Positions 19,103 through 27,806 of a DNA stretch of 47,519 nucleotides are shown in pieces. The translations under genes were made by a program, and so were the position numbers. Origin of the DNA: Minisyncoccia bacterium (GTDB lineage Bacteria > Bacteroidota > Bacteroidia > Flavobacteriales > Flavobacteriaceae); contig JBLHII010000001.1 of the NCBI GenBank assembly GCA_047616265.1, forward strand, positions 1-47,519, written 5' to 3'. Numbering within the stretch: position 1 is the first letter of the stretch; each line of letters starts with the position of its first letter. A model generated the notes under the pieces. That model had not been told where the DNA came from. It ran no database searches and saw nothing but the letters and a program-made list of their open reading frames with translations.

Positions 19103-21964
19103 TTATCCTACAATATTAATAATCTTTCCAGGCACTACAATTACTTTTTTAGGAATGCGCCCGGCTAGTTGTTGAATGGTTTTTTCATTTGCCATAACCG
19201 CAACTTCAATATTTTCTTTACTCATGTCTAAGGGTAACTCCATTTTAAAACGCATCTTACCATTAAAAGAAATAGGATACTCTTTGCTGTTCTCCACCAA
19301 ATGGCTAGCGTCAAAAACCGGAAATGGGGCCTCAGAGATACTAACATTATGTCCTAGCTTATTCCATAGTTCTTCTGCAATGTGAGGCGCATATGGTGAG
19401 ATTAAAATAGTTAAAGGTTCTAGTATGTCTTTACTATTGCACTTTTGAGCAGTTAATTCATTTACAGCAATCATAAAGGTAGATACCGAGGTATTGAAAC
19501 TAAAGTTCTCGATATCATCTTCCACCTTTTTTATGGTTTTATGCAATACCTTTAAGGTATCTTTAGTTCCTGGAGTTTGTGAAACAGTAAAAAGTTCATC
19601 TGCTCCTGAATGAAATAAACGCCATAGTTTTTTCAAGAAACTATGCACCCCAGAAATACCTGCGGTGCTCCAAGGTTTTGCTTGCTCAAGTGGTCCTAAA
19701 AACATCTCATACATACGTAAGGTATCTGCTCCATATTGGCTGCAAATATCATCTGGATTTACCACATTGTATTTGGACTTGGACATTTTTTCAATCTCCC
19801 GGCCTACTTTAAAAGCGCCGTCATCTTCTGTTATAAACTCGGCAGTTTTAAATTCTCCTCGCCAGTTTTTGAATGCTTCAATATCCAACTCGTTTGAAAC
19901 ACTAACAAAAGAAACATCTGTATGTATAGGCTGTATGGCATAGCCTTCTCTTTTACCTTGAGAAACAAATTTGTTTTCTCCCGCAACTCTATATACAAAA
20001 GCACTCTCTCCCAAAATCATCCCTTGGTTGATCATTTTCTGGAACGGTTCTTTTACTGGAACGTGGCCCAAATCGTGTAAAAATTTCACCCAAAAACGGC
20101 TGTATAATAAGTGTCCTGTGCCGTGTTCACTTCCTCCAATATATAAATCAACATTTTGCCAATAGGCTAGCGATTCTTTGCTGGCAAACACCGTATCCCG
20201 GTTTGCTTTTTCCATATACCTAAAGAAATACCAACTACTCCCCGCCCATCCAGGCATGGTATTTAACTCTAACGGAAATACAGTTTTATTGTCTATTAAT
20301 TTATTTTCTACTACAGCACATTTTTGACTGTCCCATGCCCAAACATCTGCACGCCCTAAGGGTGGCTCTCCTGTTTCGGTAGGAAGGTATTTTTCAATTT
20401 TAGGGAGCTCGATTGGCAAATGCGCTATGGCTATCATTTTAGGCACTCCATTCTTGTAGTATACGGGAAAAGGTTCTCCCCAATAACGCTGTCTAGAAAA
20501 CACCGCATCACGTAATCTATAATTTGTTTTACCAGTACCCGCGCCTATTTTTTCTAACTCGTAAATAGCCAGCTTTACTGCTTTTTTATATTTTAATCCA
20601 TTCAAGAACTCACTGTTTGCAAGAACAGCGGTGTCTTTATCGCTAAAGGCTGCCTCACTAATGTCTGCGTCTTGAAAAACATTAGGAATGGGTAAATCAA
20701 ACTGTTTAGCAAAATCATAATCACGTTGATCTCCACAGGGAACCGCCATAACAGCACCCGTCCCATAGCCTGCTAAAACATAATCTCCAATCCATATCTG
20801 AATAGGCTCTTTGCTAAATGGATGTTCTGCATAGGCTCCAGTAAACACACCACTAATTGTTTTTACATCTGCCATTCGCTCCCGCTCACTTCTTTTTGCT
20901 GTAGATTTTACATACGCATCTACCGCTGCTTTTTGCTTCGAGGTTGTAACCTGTGCCACCAATTCATGTTCTGGTGCCAAGGTCATAAAGCTCACGCCAA
21001 AAATAGTGTCTGGTCTGGTTGTAAAAACAGGAATTTTAGCATCATACCCCCTCACCTCAAAGACTACGGTTGCGCCCACAGACTTCCCAATCCAGTTACG
21101 CTGGGTCTCCTTGATTGACTCACTCCAATCTACCGTATCTAAATCTTGCAACAAGCGTTCTGCATATGCAGATATACGCATGCTCCATTGCTTCATTTTT
21201 TTACGCACAACCATATAGCCCCCGCGCTCACTTACCCCATTTACTATCTCGTCATTGGCCAAAACGGTTCCTAATTCTGAGCACCAATTTACTTCGGTCT
21301 CTGCTAGGTATGTTACTCTATATCCTAACAGTATTTGCTGTTGTACTTCCGAAGAAAAAGCAAGCCACTCTTCCCCTGTAAATAGTTCAATAGCATCATC
21401 ACAAATAGCAGCTACATTGGCATTCCCTTCTGCTTCAAAAAGACCTACTAAGGAAGCAATACTTCGTGCTTTATCACTGTGTTTACAATACCAACTATTA
21501 AATAATTCTGTGAAAATCCATTGCGTCCATTTGTAGTAATCTGGGTTTGATGTTCGCACTTCTCTGCTCCAATCAAAAGAAAAACCAATAGTATCTAACT
21601 GTTTTCTATATCCAGCAATACCATTTCCTTGTTTGTCTGTACCTCCATCAATATTTACTTTGGTGGTTTGTGCAGGATGTTGTCCTGTTTGTATGGCATA
21701 CTGCTCTGCAGGCAAACCAAATGAATCATACCCTTGGGGGTGCAGTACGTTAAAACCCTTATGACGCTTGTACCGAGCATACACGTCACTAGCAATATAT
21801 CCTAATGGGTGACCTACATGCAGTCCTGCACCAGATGGATAGGGAAACATGTCTAACACATAATACTTTGGCTTTTGGCTATTATTAGTTGCATGAAAGG
21901 TTCCGTGATCTGCCCAATGTTTTTGCCATTTGGTCTCTATCTCATTAAAATGATACTTGCTCAT
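19103..21964 (-). CDS. leuS: Leucine--tRNA ligase
   Basis: MFPYPSG..LHVGH, TTRPDT editing domain, KMSKS; TAAATTTG element at 21987-21994. Confidence 0.98.
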   Translation of the reverse strand: MSKYHFNEIETKWQKHWADHGTFHATNNSQKPKYYVLDMFPYPSGAGLHVGHPLGYIASDVYARYKRHKGFNVLHPQGYDSFGLPAEQYAIQTGQHPAQTTKVNIDGGTDKQGNGIAGYRKQLDTIGFSFDWSREVRTSNPDYYKWTQWIFTELFNSWYCKHSDKARSIASLVGLFEAEGNANVAAICDDAIELFTGEEWLAFSSEVQQQILLGYRVTYLAETEVNWCSELGTVLANDEIVNGVSERGGYMVVRKKMKQWSMRISAYAERLLQDLDTVDWSESIKETQRNWIGKSVGATVVFEVRGYDAKIPVFTTRPDTIFGVSFMTLAPEHELVAQVTTSKQKAAVDAYVKSTAKRSERERMADVKTISGVFTGAYAEHPFSKEPIQIWIGDYVLAGYGTGAVMAVPCGDQRDYDFAKQFDLPIPNVFQDADISEAAFSDKDTAVLANSEFLNGLKYKKAVKLAIYELEKIGAGTGKTNYRLRDAVFSRQRYWGEPFPVYYKNGVPKMIAIAHLPIELPKIEKYLPTETGEPPLGRADVWAWDSQKCAVVENKLIDNKTVFPLELNTMPGWAGSSWYFFRYMEKANRDTVFASKESLAYWQNVDLYIGGSEHGTGHLLYSRFWVKFLHDLGHVPVKEPFQKMINQGMILGESAFVYRVAGENKFVSQGKREGYAIQPIHTDVSFVSVSNELDIEAFKNWRGEFKTAEFITEDDGAFKVGREIEKMSKSKYNVVNPDDICSQYGADTLRMYEMFLGPLEQAKPWSTAGISGVHSFLKKLWRLFHSGADELFTVSQTPGTKDTLKVLHKTIKKVEDDIENFSFNTSVSTFMIAVNELTAQKCNSKDILEPLTILISPYAPHIAEELWNKLGHNVSISEAPFPVFDASHLVENSKEYPISFNGKMRFKMELPLDMSKENIEVAVMANEKTIQQLAGRIPKKVIVVPGKIINIVG

Positions 21965-22252
21965 TGTTCCTGCGTTTATGAAGGAACAAATTTACAGTTA
22001 TTGTCTGAAATGCTAAAGGGACGAGGCCCTAAACTTGAAATTGAAACAAGGTTTCGATCATAATACGTGTGAAACGAAATCAATATCTTCGGGAATTATA
22101 AGGCACAAGGCTATTTTTTAATCTCATCATATAAGTCTAGATGATTCTTAAAGAGGAGCAGGCTAACTTCTCTGAAAGGCGTACCTTCTATTTCAATGAA
22201 TTTTGTATTTTTACTGCACAACAAACACATGTAATTCTAGTTATACAGACCT

Positions 22253-23131
22253 ATGGCATCCTCTTTCGAAACATTTCAGAAACGCAGATTGATTTCCTCT
22301 TATTTTTCAGTGGTTTTGAGCATCTCTTTAGTCTTGTTCTTATTGGGCCTTCTTGGCTTATTGGTGTTAAACAGTCAAAAAGTAGGTGATTATTTTAAAG
22401 AACAAATACCTCTTGTTGTATTCTTAAAAGACACTGCAAAAGAAACCGAAATAACCCAACTCAAACAAAGCCTTGCCTTAGCGGATTTCACAAAAGAAGC
22501 AATCTACGTCACAAAAGAGCAAGCCGCAGAAGAACACAGCGCGACTATTGGTGAAGACTTTATGGAGTACCTTGGTGACAATCCACTTCAAAATAGTATT
22601 GATGTGCGTTTGCGTGCTAACTTTGTGACCCCAGAAAAAATTGAATCCATAGTTAAGGAGCTTAAGAATAAAGAATTTGTAGATGACATTATCTATGACA
22701 AACCTTTAATAGAAAAACTTACAGAAAATGTGGCTAAAATTAGCTTTTGGGTTATCGTTATAGCAGCTGTATTTTTAGTGATCGCTATCCTTTTAATTAA
22801 TAGCTCCATTCGACTATCGGTATATTCAAAAAGGTTTACGATAAAGACCATGCAAATGGTAGGAGCAACAAAGCGTTTTATTAGACTTCCTTTTATTTGG
22901 AGGAGCATGCGCTTGGGTATTATTGGTGCTTTTGTAGCTATGGCTGGTATGATAGTGGTGATTTACTACAGTGATAAAAGCTTTCCAGATCTCCAACTAA
23001 TAAATGATAAGATGATGTTAGGGGCTTTGTTTGGATTTGTGTTCTTGATGGGTGTTTTTATCTCGTGGTTAAGCACTTATTTTGCAACACAACGTTTTTT
23101 AAATTTACAAACCGATGACTTATACTATTAA
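22253..23131 (+). CDS. ftsX: Cell division permease FtsX
   Basis: Four TM segments with a large periplasmic loop; NSIRLSVYSKRFTIKTMQMVGAT..FI..PF. Confidence 0.93.
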   Translation: MASSFETFQKRRLISSYFSVVLSISLVLFLLGLLGLLVLNSQKVGDYFKEQIPLVVFLKDTAKETEITQLKQSLALADFTKEAIYVTKEQAAEEHSATIGEDFMEYLGDNPLQNSIDVRLRANFVTPEKIESIVKELKNKEFVDDIIYDKPLIEKLTENVAKISFWVIVIAAVFLVIAILLINSSIRLSVYSKRFTIKTMQMVGATKRFIRLPFIWRSMRLGIIGAFVAMAGMIVVIYYSDKSFPDLQLINDKMMLGALFGFVFLMGVFISWLSTYFATQRFLNLQTDDLYY

Positions 23132-23386
23132 AGCCATTGGGCCATTAGTTGTCTTTTTTTGCTTCAAAGTTGCATTGTTAAAAAAATTATAAGGACTCAA
23201 GTATACGCAAGAGATACTGCAGATCTATTTTTTAAAAAAGTTAATGGCCCTTTTTATTCTATCAATAGAGGCATAGAAAGGGACCTGAATTTAAATCAAA
23301 AACAGAAGAAAGTCTTGGGAAAAAAAATAACATTACATTATATGGGTTTTAATTTTAGTCTCAAAGCAACGATATTTAGTAATTAG
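23115..23386 (+). pseudogene. Frameshifted or eroded small lipoprotein gene
   Basis: ATG 23115 reads MTYTIKAIGPLVVFF. One extra T in the T7 tract (23154-23160) joins it to the 23159 frame, LLQSC..., giving a lipoprotein-type signal peptide. Confidence 0.5.
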
Positions 23387-23486
23387 CTTTAGAAAATGAA
23401 ATCATATTCACAGAATTTTAATTTCCTACCTTTGTCAGGATATTAGAGAACCTTTAAAAACAATACCCCAAATTTTGGGCACTATT

Positions 23487-23744
23487 ATGGGAGAAAAAAA
23501 ACGAAAAGAAAACGCCAAACCTCATTTTATTTTTGAACGTAAAAACTATATTTTTATGGCCATTGGAGTAGCGTTTATTACGCTAGGATTTATTTTGATG
23601 TCTGGAGGCGGTAGCGATGACCCTGCTATTTTTAATCCTGAAATTTACAGCTGGAGGCGCATACGCCTTGCGCCTGCACTTATATTAATTGGTTTTGGCA
23701 TTGAAGTGTACGCGATCTTATTAGACACCCGGAAAAAAAAATAA
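23487..23744 (+). CDS. DUF3098 membrane protein
   Basis: F.RKNY, GFILMSGGGS.DP..FNPEIYSWRRIRLAP. Start at ATG 23487; TACCTTTG element at 23427-23434. Confidence 0.9.
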   Translation: MGEKKRKENAKPHFIFERKNYIFMAIGVAFITLGFILMSGGGSDDPAIFNPEIYSWRRIRLAPALILIGFGIEVYAILLDTRKKK

Positions 23745-24539
23745 ATGGAAGCATTAGACGCCATTATCCTTGGAGTTGTTCAAGGATTTACTGAGTTTTT
23801 ACCCGTTTCCTCAAGTGGTCATCTAGAACTTGGAAAAGCCCTTTTAGGAGACAACTCTATTCCAGAAGAAAGTTTGCTTTTTACAGTAATACTCCACTTT
23901 GCCACAGCATTAAGCACCATTGTGGTCTTTAGAAAAGACATTGTTGAAATTAGTACTTCGTTGCTGAAATTTTCTTGGAATGAAGAAACACAATTTGTGT
24001 CAAAAATTGTAATTTCTATGCTCCCTGCAGTAATAGTAGGATTGCTTTTTGAAAAAGAACTAGAGTCCTTTTTTGGAGGTAATATCGCATTTGTTGGTGC
24101 TATGCTATTGGTGACTGCACTCTTACTATGGCTGGCAGATAGATCAAAAAACACAGGAAAACCAGTTACGTTTAAAAATGCATTTATTATTGGAGTAGCA
24201 CAGGCGGTAGCTATGTTGCCTGGAATCTCTAGAAGTGGGGCTACAATTTCGACCTCAGTGTTATTAGGTAATGACAAAAGTAAAGCGGCTCGTTTTTCTT
24301 TTTTAATGGTAATCCCCTTAATCTTTGGGAAAATAGCTAAAGATCTATTAGGCGGCGAACTAACTACAGAAGCCACCGATTTTACAACACTAGGCTTTGG
24401 TTTTATAGCCGCATTTTTAAGTGGACTCATCGCGTGCACGTGGATGATCAAACTGGTGAAGAAAAGCAAACTTTCATACTTCGCCAGCTATTGCGTTGTG
24501 GTAGGTTTAATTGCTATTGGAGTAGGATTATACAACTAA
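23745..24539 (+). CDS. uppP: Undecaprenyl-diphosphate phosphatase
   Basis: QGFTEFLPVSSSGHL and PGISRSGAT signatures. Confidence 0.97.
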   Translation: MEALDAIILGVVQGFTEFLPVSSSGHLELGKALLGDNSIPEESLLFTVILHFATALSTIVVFRKDIVEISTSLLKFSWNEETQFVSKIVISMLPAVIVGLLFEKELESFFGGNIAFVGAMLLVTALLLWLADRSKNTGKPVTFKNAFIIGVAQAVAMLPGISRSGATISTSVLLGNDKSKAARFSFLMVIPLIFGKIAKDLLGGELTTEATDFTTLGFGFIAAFLSGLIACTWMIKLVKKSKLSYFASYCVVVGLIAIGVGLYN

Positions 24540-24547
24540 GCGAGCAT

Positions 24548-25264
24548 ATGGACCTAAGCATACTACAAAAAGAAGATTACCAAACTGGACAAGTACTGCT
24601 CATTGATAAACCTCTGGAGTGGACTTCGTTTCAAGTAGTAAACAAAGTGAGATGGCTCATTCGGAAGCAGTTTGACATCAAGAAGATTAAAGTAGGTCAT
24701 GCCGGAACTTTAGACCCCTTAGCGAGTGGGTTGTTAATACTCTGTACAGGTAAATTCACAAAAAAAATAGAACGCTACCAAGCTCAACACAAAGAATATA
24801 CTGGCGTAATTACCCTAGGAGCAACAACACCAAGTTATGACTTAGAAACAGAAAGAGACCAAAGGTTTGATATTGGGCCTCTTTCAGAAGAGGCGATACA
24901 GCTAGCCACCCACCAATTTGTAGGTGATATTATGCAGCAACCTCCTATCTTTTCAGCCTTGAAAAAAGAAGGAAAACGGTTGTATGAATATGCAAGAGCA
25001 GGCGAAACAGTAGAGATTCCAAAACGCCCTGTTCATATTTCTGCTTTTGAAATTACACGTATTGATCTGCCTGATGTTCATTTTAGAGTGGCCTGTAGCA
25101 AAGGAACATATATTAGATCCTTGGCTCATGACTTTGGAAAAGCCCTAGACAATGGGGGGCATCTATCTGCATTACGTCGCACTAAAATTGGCGAATTTGA
25201 TGTTAAAAATGCAGAATCTATGAAAGAAATCATTCAATATTTCACGACACAAACAGACTCCTAG
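24548..25264 (+). CDS. truB: tRNA pseudouridine(55) synthase
   Basis: IDKP..WTSF, KVGHAGTLDPLASG, PP.FSALK, CSKGTYIRSLA. Start at ATG 24548. Confidence 0.97.
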   Translation: MDLSILQKEDYQTGQVLLIDKPLEWTSFQVVNKVRWLIRKQFDIKKIKVGHAGTLDPLASGLLILCTGKFTKKIERYQAQHKEYTGVITLGATTPSYDLETERDQRFDIGPLSEEAIQLATHQFVGDIMQQPPIFSALKKEGKRLYEYARAGETVEIPKRPVHISAFEITRIDLPDVHFRVACSKGTYIRSLAHDFGKALDNGGHLSALRRTKIGEFDVKNAESMKEIIQYFTTQTDS

Positions 25265-25317
25265 TTTTAAATATACAGCGTATTTAATTCGTTTTCTTGA
25301 AGGAATAAACCTTGGTT

Positions 25318-25944
25318 TTACTGCAGTAAGCCTTCAATATCCGCTACAATAGACAGCCCTTTATCTTTCGTGTACCAACCCTGCAACTCTTCTTTAAACT
25401 TTGGTGTCAGGGTACCGTGAGTTGCCTTGTAGTTGGCAGCCATTTGTGTAGCAACACTTGGCCTTGGCCCCCATGTTCCAAGAACAACCCTTGAAGCATC
25501 ATCAATCGCTATTAACTTTGGGATAGCCATGGCTCCATTGGTTAAGAAGTACTGCATTAAATCTATATGCTCATCACGCAAAACTACTTTTAAATTAAGA
25601 TGTGGCACTATGGCAGCAATTTTATTAAGTATTGGCAAGGATTGCGCGGCATCACCACACCAGCTCTCTGTGAGCACTAGCCAAGTTACTTTCTTTTTAT
25701 AATTAGAAAAAAGAGTTTGGTAAGCTTCTGAAATTTTAGTGGTTTTATCCAAACGCCTCATTCTTGCGTCATTGAGCTTGGTATAATTAATCAGAGCATC
25801 TGTTTGATTTGGCCCTGTTGATGTCTCACTTTCAACATGATTTGTAACTAGTTCCCGGTATGCGTTGTATGGCATCGCAGTTTCTAAAGCGTTACTTAAT
25901 AATACTTCTTTTGTTTGAATTGTTTGTAGGTTTTCTGTCTTCAT
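25318..25944 (-). CDS. Thioredoxin-fold protein with a single-Cys WCGDA motif
   Basis: TESWCGDAAQ, AIPKLI (cis-Pro loop), WGPRP. Confidence 0.85.
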   Translation of the reverse strand: MKTENLQTIQTKEVLLSNALETAMPYNAYRELVTNHVESETSTGPNQTDALINYTKLNDARMRRLDKTTKISEAYQTLFSNYKKKVTWLVLTESWCGDAAQSLPILNKIAAIVPHLNLKVVLRDEHIDLMQYFLTNGAMAIPKLIAIDDASRVVLGTWGPRPSVATQMAANYKATHGTLTPKFKEELQGWYTKDKGLSIVADIEGLLQ

Positions 25945-26130
25945 AAAAGATATGACGTAATTATATATGTAAACTTACTACCTTTAATAATCCGAAAATA
26001 AATTTTAATAAATTTTAACTAGGGCCATCAAAAAAGATTTCAGTTCTGCCAAAAATATATTATTTTAGCTTTTTAAACATTAAAATCTAAATTAAGCTTG
26101 TAACTATCTATTAACTAAAACTTTAAAATC

Positions 26131-27423
26131 ATGAAAAACAATTATTTCACAATCGCATTCGTATCCTGCTTTGCTCTTATGGGTGTCGCACAAAACACAG
26201 TAACAGTAGATGCAGGTGCTGCGCAAATTGGCTATGCAAATGTATTTGAAACACCTACAAACGGTGGGGCGTATGTTTTTGGACAAGATTGGGGTTTAGC
26301 AGATCTAAAGACTGTAGTTGATGCGCCAAATAACACCTTAACATTACAACCTAATTTTAACACTTGGGATACTGGTACAGATCCATTTTGGGTAGATCAA
26401 ACAACATTTGTTGGAAACAAAATTTTTGAAGGAAATACCTATGTTGAGGATAATTCATTAGTGGGTAGCGCTCTTACTTTTGAAGGGACCGTTACCTCTA
26501 ATACTCTTGATGGAGCTGGAACCCTTTTATTTAATGTAAATAATGGGCCTTTAACTGGCGGTCATCAAGCTGTTGCAGCTGGTTTTGGAGGTGCATTTAC
26601 AGCTATAGCTTTAACTGAAGACACGGTTTTAGTAACTGATGAAAATGTTGACCCTGATGAAAATGATGCTTGTGAGGCAATTACTAATGGGCCTGCTTTA
26701 GAAGGAAAAGTTGCTGTAATTAGAAGAGGAACATGCGAATTTGGTTTAAAAGCATTAGCGGCTCAAAATGCAGGTGCAGTTGCAGTTATTATGGTGAACA
26801 ATGTAGAGGGAGCACCAATTGTAATGGCTCCAGGAGAAGATGGTGCTGCTGTGACTATTCCTGCATTAATGGTTAGTAATATTGTTGGTGAATTAATTAT
26901 TTCAGAGTTATTAACTGGAGACACTGTTAATACAACAATGGTTTTATCAACTTATGCTACCACTGCGTTTATTAAAGTATTCAATGCTGATTTTTCAGTT
27001 TTAAAAGAGGAATATACTCCTTTAGGTGAAAATGGAACTGACTTTTCAGTAACATATAACAATGTTGAAGGGGCAGATGCTGTGGTGCAATATGGCTTCC
27101 AAATACGTGGCTTAAATGCAAACCCTGCAGATGAAGTAGCTCTAGGAAGCATTGTTGTAACTAGCAACACTTTAGCGGTTAGCAACTTTAACACTATTAA
27201 TGTTTCGCTTTTCCCTAATCCAACAACTCATAATATAACTATCCAATCAGATAAGCAAATTACGAATGTTGCCGTTTATAATACACTTGGACAAATTGTA
27301 AAGAATGCATCTCCAGAGGCAACTACCTTCTCTGTAGAAACATCTAATTTAAATACAGGTGTTTATTTTGTAATTTTAAAAACAGATACAGCTAGCAAAA
27401 CAATAAAGTTTATCAAACAATAA
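26131..27423 (+). CDS. T9SS-secreted protein containing a PA (protease-associated) domain
   Basis: Signal peptide; PA signature GKVAVIRRGTCEFGLKALAAQNAGAVAVIMVNN...IPALMVS; CTD FPNPT...VYNTLGQ...GVYFV...KFIKQ. Confidence 0.85.
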   Translation: MKNNYFTIAFVSCFALMGVAQNTVTVDAGAAQIGYANVFETPTNGGAYVFGQDWGLADLKTVVDAPNNTLTLQPNFNTWDTGTDPFWVDQTTFVGNKIFEGNTYVEDNSLVGSALTFEGTVTSNTLDGAGTLLFNVNNGPLTGGHQAVAAGFGGAFTAIALTEDTVLVTDENVDPDENDACEAITNGPALEGKVAVIRRGTCEFGLKALAAQNAGAVAVIMVNNVEGAPIVMAPGEDGAAVTIPALMVSNIVGELIISELLTGDTVNTTMVLSTYATTAFIKVFNADFSVLKEEYTPLGENGTDFSVTYNNVEGADAVVQYGFQIRGLNANPADEVALGSIVVTSNTLAVSNFNTINVSLFPNPTTHNITIQSDKQITNVAVYNTLGQIVKNASPEATTFSVETSNLNTGVYFVILKTDTASKTIKFIKQ

Positions 27424-27437
27424 AAAAAATTTATTTT

Positions 27438-27483
27438 AAAAAAGGTAATTGCTCTAATGTTTTAGCGCAATTACCTTTTTTTT
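27438..27483. terminator. Bidirectional intrinsic terminator
   Basis: AAAAAAGGTAATTGC...GCAATTACCTTTTTT inverted repeat just after the stop at 27423. Confidence 0.85.
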
Positions 27484-27509
27484 ATAAACTCCCTTTGATT
27501 TTTTTAGAA

Positions 27510-27722
27510 TTACCTCTTTTGAAGGTTAAGGTATTTGTTATTGGTAGTGTCTATATCTAGAGCATGCAAGGTTTGTATGCACCTATTTACATACCGCTCA
27601 TACCCTTTTATGAAATCAACATCCTTATTGATACTTGTCTTTTTTACTTCAGTGGTCTGTGACATTTTTGTATTGCTCATACAGAAAAGGCAGAGTAAAA
27701 GAATAAAAAAAAGGAGTTTTAT
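27510..27722 (-). pseudogene. Cryptic small secreted-protein gene or remnant
   Basis: Open frame from ATA 27722: IKLLFFILLLCLFCMSNTKMSQTTEVKKTSINKDVDFIKGYERYVNRCIQTLHALDIDTTNNKYLNLQKR*. Signal-peptide-like start; the first in-frame ATG is at 27680. Confidence 0.4.
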
Positions 27723-27806
27723 CTGTTTTTAATCAAACGTATAACGTTCGCTAAACAAAAGAACAGCCTTAGGGTATCCCCTCTGTACTAGAAAAACGAA
27801 CTCTTT

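Noticed and set aside
21965-22252. Possible T-box or ncRNA between leuS and ftsX
   Set aside because: No T-box motif; the leuS promoter element is only about 22 nt from the ATG; only a short TTGTTCCT/AGGAACAA repeat that overlaps the promoter.
23819-24469. 216-aa minus-strand ORF
   Set aside because: Antisense shadow of uppP, as is common opposite hydrophobic genes.
27484-27722. Possible MITE with ATAAACTCC / GGAGTTTTAT ends, and the plus-strand 65-aa ORF 27535-27732
   Set aside because: The ends are short, imperfect and AT-rich with no clear target duplication; the minus-strand relic frame explains the region better.
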